Below the pieces are notes generated by a model. The model was not told the origin of the DNA. It made no database searches and was given only the letters and a program-made list of their open reading frames with translations. DNA of 59,612 nt, the filler included. It is 8 parts of 8 records of this genome, joined end to end, with 100 filler letters (N's around TTAATTAATTAA, not from the genome) between each part and the next. Parts side by side here need not be neighbours in the genome. Positions count along the whole stretch, not along the records: positions 1 to 13,446 come from SRR31156797_17275; 7 more parts are not named here. The stretch is one strand, 5' to 3'. The position numbers were made by a program, and so were the translations under genes. Below, piece by piece: positions 1-8,177 of the stretch (its first letter is position 1; every line of letters starts with the position of its first letter).

Positions 1-1
1 G

Positions 2-256
2 AGAAAGCAGGCAGAAAATGCTGCAAAATATTTACTCAAAGGCTCACAGGTAGGTATTGCAGGTACTATCCAAAACAAAAGCTACGACGCAAAGGACGGT
101 ACGAAGCGATACATCACAGAGATAATAGCTGATGAAGTACAGTTTCTAGGAGGAGGACAGAAACAGAGCGATAGGGCACATAACAACTTAGGCAAAGGCA
201 GTACTGCAGCTAATGGTAATGCAATACATGAGATTCATGAAGATATGCCGTTTTAA
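2..256 (+). CDS. ssb: Single-stranded DNA-binding protein, 5'-truncated
   Basis: Frame 2 reads RKQAENAAKYLLKGSQVGIAGTIQNKSYDAKDGTKRYITEIIADEVQFL...HEDMPF*. OB-fold motifs plus acidic DxPF tail. Not in the ORF track. Confidence 0.93.
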   Translation, partial: RKQAENAAKYLLKGSQVGIAGTIQNKSYDAKDGTKRYITEIIADEVQFLGGGQKQSDRAHNNLGKGSTAANGNAIHEIHEDMPF

Positions 257-267
257 GGAGAAAAACA

Positions 268-757
268 TTGCGTGAGATAAAGTTTGGGGCAAGAAAAGCG
301 GATAATGGTGAGTGGGTATAGGGTTATTATGTAAAGCACGAAGCACCATTAATATGTTTAGTGAAAACAGGATTTATCAAGGAAGCACATGACAAAGAAC
401 AATCTACACACGTCATAGCATGCAGTGGTTTTGCTGGCTGGGGTGCCTAGACCTATAGACCAACACATAATAGATGTTCAAACATTAGGACAGTACACGA
501 GATTGCAAGACGATAAAGGTACAGATATTTATGAGGGCGATATTGTACGTATTGTACGGTGTAACAATGCATTAGGAATAATAGCGTTTGGCGAATATGC
601 ACAGCCGTAAGGCGGTTAGCATTGGGGCTATTACATGAAATGGGTGGACGTAAGGGATAGAATGTTAAATAGAACTGATTTAAAGTTTTGGGTAGATGAA
701 AATATCAAAATAATCGGCAACATATACGAAAACCCTAATCACCAAAGGAGGAAATGA
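268..757 (+). pseudogene. YopX family phage protein, disrupted
   Basis: TTG start after GGAG: MREIKFGARKADNGEWV*GYY..., a frameshift near 440, then TLGQYT.LQD..GTDIYEGDIV...QP*GG*HWGYY...IIGNIYENP. YopX motifs broken by stops and a frameshift. Confidence 0.8.
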
Positions 758-758
758 T

Positions 759-1148
759 ATGAAAGAACTTAATTTTAGAGCATGGCATAAAAAACGAAAA
801 AGAATGATGCAGGTTGATAAATTATTCATGGATTTCAGTGGTTGTGTAAACTTATGCGACATGATATTAGGATACGAAGGATTCCCAGCCATGAAAAATG
901 ATGAAGTGGAGTTTATGCAATACATATGTGTTGACGATCGCAACAGTACCCCAATCTATGATAACGATATTGTAAAGGACTATCAAACTAACTGTGCAGG
1001 TGAAGTTATTTATTACAAAGGTTCATGGACTATAAAAGGATTTTATAATCCTGCATACGATTATCCGAGTTTAGCATTTAGTGGAGGAAATGAGAGCTTA
1101 GAAGTAATAGGCAACATACACGAAAATCCTGAACTACTGGAGAAGTAA
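759..1148 (+). CDS. YopX family phage protein
   Basis: MKELNFRAW...MQY....DRN...IYDNDIV...LEVIGNIHENPELL; RBS AAGGAGG. Confidence 0.9.
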   Translation: MKELNFRAWHKKRKRMMQVDKLFMDFSGCVNLCDMILGYEGFPAMKNDEVEFMQYICVDDRNSTPIYDNDIVKDYQTNCAGEVIYYKGSWTIKGFYNPAYDYPSLAFSGGNESLEVIGNIHENPELLEK

Positions 1149-1149
1149 T

Positions 1150-1458
1150 ATGAAAAACCTATATCAAATCATAAGAAACAATATAGAAAGACTTTTGTGC
1201 AGAACGTTTAAATTCATAATAAAACACGCAATAACAGCAATCATAATAATATCTCTTACAGGTATAATCTGTAGCTGTATAGGCTATAGCTACCTAGTGG
1301 AGATTATGAGAGCAGTAAAAGATTTTGGCGGGGAGTACTGCAAAGAATTATTTTCTATATGGACAGCTAAGACATACCTATGCGTATTTGGACCCGATGC
1401 TATTGCGATAGGGTGTGGCGTGGTTGTGTGGGTGCTGGTTAAGAAGATGAGAAAGTGA
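1150..1458 (+). CDS. Phage hypothetical membrane protein (2 TM)
   Basis: Starts 1 nt after the previous stop; two hydrophobic segments. Confidence 0.6.
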   Translation: MKNLYQIIRNNIERLLCRTFKFIIKHAITAIIIISLTGIICSCIGYSYLVEIMRAVKDFGGEYCKELFSIWTAKTYLCVFGPDAIAIGCGVVVWVLVKKMRK

Positions 1459-1558
1459 GAAATAAATAAAAAATGCAATAGCTGGCATAGTGGTATTTAT
1501 ATTTTCAGTAACATTACTGGTGTTAACGATAATCAAAATAAAGAAAGGAAAATGACAA

Positions 1559-1786
1559 ATGGTTGATACACAAGCACTAAGAATAAAAGTGAAGAACTCG
1601 GGGCTTAAGTATGGCTTTATTGCCGATAAGCTGGGATTGTCCAGAAATGGACTGAAGAACAAGGTGGATGGCAGATTTGATTTCAAAAGCAGTGAAATAG
1701 TTACACTATGCTCATTGCTGAATATTGAATCATTTAACGAAATAGAGGAAATATTTCTAAAGAACAAATCTGGTGAAAGGAAATAA
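1559..1786 (+). CDS. Cro-like helix-turn-helix protein
   Basis: SGLKYGFIADKLGLSRNGLKNKVDGRFDFKSSEI; RBS GAAAGGA. Confidence 0.85.
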   Translation: MVDTQALRIKVKNSGLKYGFIADKLGLSRNGLKNKVDGRFDFKSSEIVTLCSLLNIESFNEIEEIFLKNKSGERK

Positions 1787-1792
1787 AAAACA

Positions 1793-1975
1793 ATGGCAGG
1801 AAAATTTGAAATTTACAATAACGGCAGAGGAGAACACAGCTATAGACTAAAAGCAGGTAATGGACAAGTTATCGCTACAGGTGAGGGCTACACAACAAAA
1901 GCGGCATGTTTAAACACTATTGAATAAATGAAAAAGAATTGTGTGATTGCAAGGATTGTAGAACTAGACGATTAA
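1793..1975 (+). pseudogene. YegP/DUF1508 family protein with premature stop
   Basis: MAGKFEIYNNGRGEHSYRLKAGNGQVIATGEGYTTKAACLNTIE*MKKN...; TAA at 1925-1927 where Ser (TCA) is expected in IESxKKN. Confidence 0.8.
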
Positions 1976-1990
1976 TAAAGGAGCAGAAAT

Positions 1991-2146
1991 ATGATAGAAG
2001 ATATTAAAAGAGTACTGAACTCAAGAGTTGACTGTAAGGACTATATAGTCGATAAGGAAACAGCGATTGAACAGATAGCAGATGCAATGATGAATGCTCT
2101 TGGTAGAGCGGACTATGAATTGAGAGGTAACAAAGAGTTTAAGTGA
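1991..2146 (+). CDS. Small phage hypothetical protein (51 aa)
   Basis: AAAGGAG RBS; open frame MIEDIKRVLNSRVDCKDY...EFK*. Confidence 0.5.
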   Translation: MIEDIKRVLNSRVDCKDYIVDKETAIEQIADAMMNALGRADYELRGNKEFK

Positions 2147-2164
2147 TGTGAATAAAGGTAAAAG

Positions 2165-2419
2165 GTGACAAATATGCCAAACTGTAAAATATGCGGAAAA
2201 CGAGCAACAGGCGGACTAGTAGTCCATGAGGAGTGTTTCGATGCTCCTCTGCTGGAGCTTAAGGCAAAGGTAACTAGGTGCATGGAGCAGGCAGAGGTGA
2301 ATGCCGACTTGGTGTATAGCTTTGGCGGTAACGGGCTCAAGTGCTCAAATTATTTAGGCGAAATTGGAGGGTACAAGAAGGTACTGGAGATGATAGAGCG
2401 GATGGAACAGAAGTATTGA
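2165..2419 (+). CDS. Phage hypothetical protein with N-terminal CxxC...HxxC Zn-finger-like motif
   Basis: CKICGK...VVHEEC; same strand as neighbours. Confidence 0.6.
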   Translation: MTNMPNCKICGKRATGGLVVHEECFDAPLLELKAKVTRCMEQAEVNADLVYSFGGNGLKCSNYLGEIGGYKKVLEMIERMEQKY

Positions 2420-2439
2420 AGTAGGAGGCTAGCGAGAAT

Positions 2440-2892
2440 ATGGGGATAAAAGAGAGACTGGAGAAGGTAAGGGAAAGTGCGAAGGAGCGCAGAGCAATAC
2501 GATGGGAGATGGATAAACTTTCATCTGAGATGGACAGCATACGAGATGCAGACCTAAAAATATTAAGACATGACGGAATTGAAACACAAGGCAGCTTATC
2601 AAATCCTACGCAAAACAAAGCAATAAAAATCGTTGATGACTATCAAATGCGATTTGATGAACTGTTGAATGAATTAGAAAAATTGGATATTGAAATAGAT
2701 GCGGCTAGGGAGAAACTAAAAGAACTACACGGCAAAGGTGTAATTAATGCAAACGAAAAAAGGAACCTGATGTATTTTTACATTGAGGGGCTTAGCGTAG
2801 CGGAGGTTGCACTTGCAATGAATTATACTGTGGACTGGATTCAGGAGATGAAGGGGAAGGCAATAAATAATATGGTAACAAATAACATCTAA
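2440..2892 (+). CDS. ArpU/RinA-like phage late transcriptional activator (sigma70 region 4-like), copy 1
   Basis: SNPTQNKAIKI...EKRNLMYFYIEGLSVAEVALAMNYT..WIQEMKGKAI; position upstream of packaging genes. Confidence 0.8.
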   Translation: MGIKERLEKVRESAKERRAIRWEMDKLSSEMDSIRDADLKILRHDGIETQGSLSNPTQNKAIKIVDDYQMRFDELLNELEKLDIEIDAAREKLKELHGKGVINANEKRNLMYFYIEGLSVAEVALAMNYTVDWIQEMKGKAINNMVTNNI

Positions 2893-2988
2893 TCTATCAA
2901 ATAATAATTTAAATTGTATATTTTGTATGTAAACTTAGTAATAATTAACATATTATAGTATTTGTTCTATTAAATGATAGAATTAGGG

Positions 2989-3017
2989 TTGATTGAGATA
3001 TTTAAATATGGTAAAAT
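2989..3017 (+). promoter_or_regulatory. Putative sigma-A promoter of the HTH-Panacea gene
   Basis: TTGATT-17 nt-TAAAAT with extended TGn; palindromes GGGTTA-ttg-TAACCC (3034-3048) and AACCCTAGGGTT (3044-3055) just downstream. Confidence 0.5.
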
Positions 3018-3105
3018 ATGTAGTATGAAAAGTGGGTTATTGTAACCCTAGGGTTGTTAATGGCAGCATTAAGCAAATTATGCTGAATAACTGAGGATTA
3101 AATTA

Positions 3106-3960
3106 ATGGATAATTATGAAGCTGTGATATTAACATCATCAAATTCTATTGATGGTAATATAATAAAAACAGGTATATTGGAAAGATATAATATATCTGC
3201 GGCATCTCTTGCAAAATTACTTGGAATCGGAGAAGCAACTATTTGGAGATGTATAAGCAACTCATCAGTTAGACAAGACAATATTGATAAGTTAAGAATT
3301 TTATTGAATCCATATACTATGCAGAAATTGTTATATAGTAAACAAAATGCGATTGATAAAGCTTTGTTTAATAAAGCTGCGGCGGCAATACACAGCGTTA
3401 TATTAGGAGAAGCTAAGAAAAAAAAATTACCATATGTAACAGCACTGGAAGTAGTAAAATATATTATAAAAGAGAAGTTTTTTGATCCAGAAAAGATATC
3501 TACTACAAAAATCTGGTTTCATAAGTTATTAGCATTTTCACAAGCATGGTTTGTACTTTTCTATAAAGTGCCTTTATTCGAAGACAGAATATGTGCTTGG
3601 AAATTCGGATTTGTAGTTGATAGTATACAAAAATCTCATTACTGGGATAACAAAACACACCTGCCAAGTGAATTATTAATTAATGAAGCAAATATATCTG
3701 ATATAGAATTAAGCTCGGAACAGAAAGAACTAATCAAAAGCGTATTCAATGCTTATGGTGGATTCCAAGCAAGTATACTAGTTAAAATATCACATGATAA
3801 TATCTGGCAAAAGTACTGGGCCTCAAAAAACGAAGATAAAACGATACCATTATTTGATGTAAGGAATATTTATAAGGACTATGTAGACATGGTAAATCTT
3901 AAATCGGTAGAAGACATATATAAAGTTGCTCATCTACAATACCAGAATACGTATCTGTAA
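3106..3960 (+). CDS. XRE-type HTH fused to Panacea (DUF4065/SocA/GepA) antitoxin domain
   Basis: N-term YNISAASLAKLLGIGEATIWR; C-term ALEVVKYII...HKLLAFSQAW.....PLFEDRICAWKFGFVV...IKSVFNAYGGFQASILVKISH..W. Confidence 0.85.
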   Translation: MDNYEAVILTSSNSIDGNIIKTGILERYNISAASLAKLLGIGEATIWRCISNSSVRQDNIDKLRILLNPYTMQKLLYSKQNAIDKALFNKAAAAIHSVILGEAKKKKLPYVTALEVVKYIIKEKFFDPEKISTTKIWFHKLLAFSQAWFVLFYKVPLFEDRICAWKFGFVVDSIQKSHYWDNKTHLPSELLINEANISDIELSSEQKELIKSVFNAYGGFQASILVKISHDNIWQKYWASKNEDKTIPLFDVRNIYKDYVDMVNLKSVEDIYKVAHLQYQNTYL

Positions 3961-4020
3961 CTATGAGTGGTAGTTAAGTTTTGCCATAAATACTACATAT
4001 AGATGTACTAAAATTAGTGT

Positions 4021-4050
4021 TTGACAGAGATTGGAAGTTTATGTTATTTT
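4021..4050 (+). promoter_or_regulatory. Putative sigma-A promoter of the peptidase-cyclase-effector operon
   Basis: Perfect TTGACA (4021-4026), 18 nt spacer, TGn-TATTTT (4042-4050). Confidence 0.45.
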
Positions 4051-4244
4051 ATAGGCACGTGCCCTTAATAGAGGGCTTTTGACGTATTTATATAATTTAA
4101 CTGGACAATATAATTTATATAAGTTTGGTGCATATAATAGTATTAGATATAGCTGTATGAATTTAAGAGCTATAATCAACAAAAGTTAATACTAGCAACT
4201 TATTAGTATAGAAGTTAGCTATTTATAAATAGGTGGAGTAAATT

Positions 4245-4787
4245 ATGATTAAAGTAAAAAGCAGAACAGTAAATCAGGTTTGTTCTTTTGCTGAGAATAT
4301 TAGAAGAGTATTGGAAATACCTGAAAGTACAATAAGACCTGATATGAAAGGTGTTATTAAAAACCTAGGAGGGGTTATAGAGTACGATAAAAAACTTGAT
4401 AGTTATGCCACGATAGAAAAATCGACCAATACTTCCTTTTTAATAAAAGTTAATGAAGATATTAAAGGTAAAAAAGTAGAATCGTTTACAATAGCACATG
4501 AGTTAGGTCATTTGTTTTTAAACATGGGGTATATTGTAAATGAAAAAGATTGGGATAATATTGGAATCGGAGAAACTTATAACATGAGTGCAGGTACTTA
4601 CTCTTATACTGAAGAGTTGGCAAATATTTTTGGGTTAGCTTTCCTTATGCCACAAAGTACGTTTAGAGTTGTGGCAGAAAAAAATTGTAAAGATGATACA
4701 TACAACATAGATGATATTGCTGAAAAATATAATCTAGGAACAGAATATATTATTACAAGAGGGCAGTATTTGGAAATGTGGGATTAG
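4245..4787 (+). CDS. ImmA/IrrE (DUF955) family Zn metallo-endopeptidase
   Basis: FTIAHELGHL (HExxH) and EELANIFGLAFLMP; RBS AGGTGGAG. Confidence 0.92.
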   Translation: MIKVKSRTVNQVCSFAENIRRVLEIPESTIRPDMKGVIKNLGGVIEYDKKLDSYATIEKSTNTSFLIKVNEDIKGKKVESFTIAHELGHLFLNMGYIVNEKDWDNIGIGETYNMSAGTYSYTEELANIFGLAFLMPQSTFRVVAEKNCKDDTYNIDDIAEKYNLGTEYIITRGQYLEMWD

Positions 4788-4793
4788 AAACAT

Positions 4794-6221
4794 ATGAGTG
4801 TTAGGGGAAGTAAAGATATAGAAGACGTTAAGAGTGGGATTAGAAATATAAGTACTAAATATCCAATAGAAGAGGTACGTAAGCCATATATTGATTATAT
4901 GGAACGAAGAGTTTACCTCTTTTTTTCTATTGATTTGACAAATTCTACAAAGTATAAGTATAGAAATAAAGATTGGCCAGATACATTTTACAAAGTATTT
5001 GATGCAATAAAAGGGTATGTTAACACGAATATGAAACCTTTAGACATTTGGAAGTTTAGAGGAGATGAATTAGTTTTTTATCATGAAGTTAACAGTATAA
5101 GTGATGTGCTTGACTTCGCTCCTACCTGCTTTAATGCGCTGCATAACTGCAAATTATTGATACAAGAAATTGTGGACAAGGACTTTAACAACGAATTAGG
5201 CTTGAAGGGGGCTATATGGATTGCGGCTGTTCAAAATAGCGGTAGTGAACATGAACATATAAATAACATTTTTTTTGATAATAATGATTTTTTAGGAAGA
5301 GATTTGGATATAGGATTTCGTGCGGCTGAATACGTTGAAAAAGATAGATTACAGGTAGATGTTAAAATTGCTTATCTTGTAAATAAAGTGTTTATGGAAA
5401 GAGACGGTAAATACCGACAAACTCATAGGAAACATATTAGCACACATGAATTATACAGGATAGTTGCTTTTAGAAAATTAAAAGGAGTATGGAATGATAG
5501 GGCATACCCTATAGTATGGTATGATAATAGGTGGAAAGTGAAAAACTGTCAATTCAAGTATGATGACTACCTGAATTCTGATATTGTCAAGGAATTGTAT
5601 TCGATGAAATATGAACCTATACCGATAGATATAATCGATGAAATTGCATTAGATGTTGGTATTAAGGATGAAGTTGAAGCACTGGAGGAAACAATTTTAA
5701 GTAATAAAGGATATAATATGAAACCACGCTCGTCAACAATTGTAGAGCTGCATGTATCTGTAGTATGTATTGACCCCAATACTGATACAATATTCCTGGC
5801 AAAAAGAAATAGCGATAGAAGGAGCTATAAGAACACCTGGGAATTTGGGTGCTCACGTGATGTTAATAATGATGATATTGTATCACTGCTAAAAAGAAGA
5901 TATAAGGATTACTTTAATCTGAATATTGACATCATTCTAGATAAAAACGGTGATAGTCATAAACAACCTATCCCAATTTCTGTATACACAATTTATAAAG
6001 ATAATAAAATATACACAGGAATAACTTTTGTTGGTATAATAACTGACGAGAGTATTAATATTGAAAGAAAAGAACATAAGCATAGTAACCACACTTTTTT
6101 CACTTTAGATGAAATTCGCGCATTGAATACAGAGGAATACAAACTTATGCCTGGATTAAAATCATCAGCTAAAAAAGCTATTGAACTTTATAAAAGGGAA
6201 AAGAAGTTGAATGAAAAATGA
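4794..6221 (+). CDS. Class III nucleotide cyclase-like domain fused to a degenerate NUDIX domain
   Basis: FFSIDLTNST (D47), WKFRGDELVF (D91), DFLGRDLDIGFR, LKGVW; C-term LHVSVVCI...IFLAKRNSDRRSYKNTWEFG...HKHSNHTFFTLDEI. Confidence 0.75.
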   Translation: MSVRGSKDIEDVKSGIRNISTKYPIEEVRKPYIDYMERRVYLFFSIDLTNSTKYKYRNKDWPDTFYKVFDAIKGYVNTNMKPLDIWKFRGDELVFYHEVNSISDVLDFAPTCFNALHNCKLLIQEIVDKDFNNELGLKGAIWIAAVQNSGSEHEHINNIFFDNNDFLGRDLDIGFRAAEYVEKDRLQVDVKIAYLVNKVFMERDGKYRQTHRKHISTHELYRIVAFRKLKGVWNDRAYPIVWYDNRWKVKNCQFKYDDYLNSDIVKELYSMKYEPIPIDIIDEIALDVGIKDEVEALEETILSNKGYNMKPRSSTIVELHVSVVCIDPNTDTIFLAKRNSDRRSYKNTWEFGCSRDVNNDDIVSLLKRRYKDYFNLNIDIILDKNGDSHKQPIPISVYTIYKDNKIYTGITFVGIITDESINIERKEHKHSNHTFFTLDEIRALNTEEYKLMPGLKSSAKKAIELYKREKKLNEK

Positions 6222-6816
6222 CTTACAGAATTTAGAACAAAACATCAGATCAGATTTACAATTTGCTGAAGCAAAAAATGCTGCAATAGTCACATTTAAT
6301 GGTGCGTGTATATTCTTCTCAGTTGGTTATTTCTTTAACCTAGAATATGGTGCAACAAAAATTCTATTTGCGATTGTATTATGTCTACTGGGATTTGGAG
6401 TCATAGTTTCTCTTATTTCATTCACTCCGCTATTGAATAATAAATGGGTAAAGAAGCTATTTATATCAAAATATGATGATAATAGTGCTAGTGAAGTATC
6501 TGATGATGATAAAGTACTAAGAAAAGAACTTGATGAAGAACAATTAGATGAAGGTCACTCTCAATTGAGTGAAAGTATAAATATATTATTCTTTAAGGAA
6601 ATAGCAAAATTTGCAAGCCATATTGATTATTATACAAAAGTGAGCAAAATTATTGATAAAGATAACACTCACTCTAAACTACTATGTAAGCTACTATGTA
6701 AGCAGATTTATGAACTGTCACAGGTGGCTGTAATAAAATATGGATTATTTCAAGTATCGTTAAAAGCAACAACACTTTCTATATTAATGATAATTATAAC
6801 CGTTATTGTTGCATAG
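6211..6816 (+). CDS. Pycsar-type transmembrane effector (DUF5706/PycTM-like)
   Basis: LQFAEAKNAAIVTFNG, two TM helices, NILFFKEIA, QIYELSQVAVIKY, C-terminal TM; overlaps the upstream gene by 11 nt. Confidence 0.8.
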   Translation: MKNDLQNLEQNIRSDLQFAEAKNAAIVTFNGACIFFSVGYFFNLEYGATKILFAIVLCLLGFGVIVSLISFTPLLNNKWVKKLFISKYDDNSASEVSDDDKVLRKELDEEQLDEGHSQLSESINILFFKEIAKFASHIDYYTKVSKIIDKDNTHSKLLCKLLCKQIYELSQVAVIKYGLFQVSLKATTLSILMIIITVIVA

Positions 6817-6901
6817 TAATAAAAATGATATATTCTAGGTGGAATACTAAGTCTTGAACGACATGTTGATATAGCATGTCGTTTCTATTATTAAATATAA
6901 C

Positions 6902-6956
6902 AACCCATATAAACCCATACAAACCCATATAAAAATGATATATAATGCTAGTGTGA
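6902..6956 (+). promoter_or_regulatory. Phage late promoter copy 1: three 10-bp direct repeats plus -10 box
   Basis: AACCCATATA AACCCATACA AACCCATATA, then TATAAT (6941-6946) and GCTAGTGTGA; no -35 consensus, as expected for ArpU/RinA-activated promoters. Confidence 0.6.
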
Positions 6957-7018
6957 GAATCGACTAATGGTACTTTGTTTATTGGTAGTTTTTCTTTGAT
7001 AAATAGGTATTTGGCATG

Positions 7019-7050
7019 GAACACATCTAATCAGGTGTGTTCTTTTCTTT
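7019..7050 (+). terminator. Intrinsic terminator-like hairpin
   Basis: GAACACATCT-aatc-AGGTGTGTTC followed by TTTTCTTT. Confidence 0.65.
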
Positions 7051-7145
7051 ATGCCTATAATGGGTGAGCCGAAAGGCGGGGCAGCAATGCACGTATTAAA
7101 TAAGCTGTGCGGGATAAAAAGTGCATTAGAGAGGAAGTGGGGTAC

Positions 7146-7621
7146 ATAGCTAAAAGTAAACTAACAGAAAATCAAAAGATATTCTGTGATGAGCACCTCA
7201 TTGACCGTAATGGAACCAGCGCTTATAAGGTTGCCTATCTTCGTATCAAGAATGATGAATCAGCAGCTGCAGGAGCTTCACGACTGTTAAAGGTTGCTAA
7301 GGTACAAGAATACATTGAAAAAAGGATAGAGAACGCCGGACAGAAATTATACAGGATATGGTTATTGATGAGCTGGCAGCAATAGCTTTTGACAATACCA
7401 GTGACTATGCAAAGGTTACGTCATTTGAGCTGGATGAGCTGACAGGGTACCAAATTGAATTGGTTGACACTGAAAATCTAACGGCTCTGTAGAAGAAAGC
7501 TTTGTTGTAGATTAGAAATACCAGAAACGGCGTTGAGGTGAAAACTCACGATAAGGTTAGAGCCTTGGAACTGCTGGGTAAGCATCTGGATATGGTTATT
7601 GACTTTGATAAGAAGAACTGA
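7146..7621 (+). pseudogene. terS: Terminase small subunit, disrupted
   Basis: Probable ATG>ATA start; KLTENQKIFCDEHLIDRNGTSAY..AY, frameshift, RTEIIQDMVIDELAAIAF...LTAL*KKA, frameshift, NGVEVKTHDKVRALELLGKHL. Confidence 0.8.
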
Positions 7622-7640
7622 ATCAGGAAGGAGCATAGAG

Positions 7641-8102
7641 ATGATGGGGATAAAAGAGAGACTGGATAGGGCAAGGGAAAGTGCTAAAGAGAGAAGAAGC
7701 ATTCTTTGGAATCTTGAAAGGTTAAAAAGAGAGATAGATACAATCAGAGATGCAGGGCATATGATCCTATCTGCTAGTACAATTAAAGCCCAAGGTGAGA
7801 CATCTAACCCTACACAGGACAAGGCTATAAAAATAGTAGACAAATACAGTGAACGGCTTGATGAAATGTACGAGGACTTAGGTAATATAGATTATAAAAT
7901 TGGACTAGTTAGGAGAGATATCAAAATAGCGTTCAAAAAAGGTACTATTAATTCAAATGAAAAGAATGTATTGATTTATTTCTACATAGAAGGCATGAGC
8001 CTAGATGAGATTGTTGTAGCTATGAATTATAGTCTTAGGCATATACAGGATATAAAGGCAGATGCACTAAAAAACATGAAAACAAACGAATACCTCGTAT
8101 AA
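7641..8102 (+). CDS. ArpU/RinA-like late transcriptional activator, copy 2
   Basis: Clear paralog of 2440-2892 (MGIKERL..RESAKERR.I.W, SNPTQ.KAIKIVD.Y, YFYIEG.S..E...AMNY); start moved to ATG 7641 after AGGAAGGAG. Confidence 0.8.
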   Translation: MMGIKERLDRARESAKERRSILWNLERLKREIDTIRDAGHMILSASTIKAQGETSNPTQDKAIKIVDKYSERLDEMYEDLGNIDYKIGLVRRDIKIAFKKGTINSNEKNVLIYFYIEGMSLDEIVVAMNYSLRHIQDIKADALKNMKTNEYLV

Positions 8103-8138
8103 TCTCATACGGAAACCATGTATAATGATAGTGTGAAA
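8092..8138 (+). promoter_or_regulatory. Phage late promoter copy 2
   Basis: Imperfect repeats ACCTCGTATA/ATCTCATAC overlap the ArpU stop; TATAAT-GATAGTGTGA matches copy 1. Confidence 0.55.
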
Positions 8139-8177
8139 TAATAATAAATCTCATTCTTCCTCTTAAGTTATTTTGAT

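Noticed and set aside
6902-6931. Tandem repeats as a CRISPR or iteron array
   Set aside because: Only three 10-bp units with no spacers and no cas genes. A late-activator binding site explains them better. No CRISPR array was seen anywhere in the window.
7060-7085. TGAGCCGAAAGGCG resembles hammerhead ribozyme stem II
   Set aside because: The core CUGAUGA and GAAA are absent (reads ATGGGTGA and GGGG).
268-7621. In-frame stops in phage genes suggesting stop-codon reassignment
   Set aside because: Both TAG and TAA occur, at positions expecting different residues (Tyr, Ser, Gln), together with frameshifts. Intact genes end normally in TAG, TAA or TGA. This is decay, not recoding.
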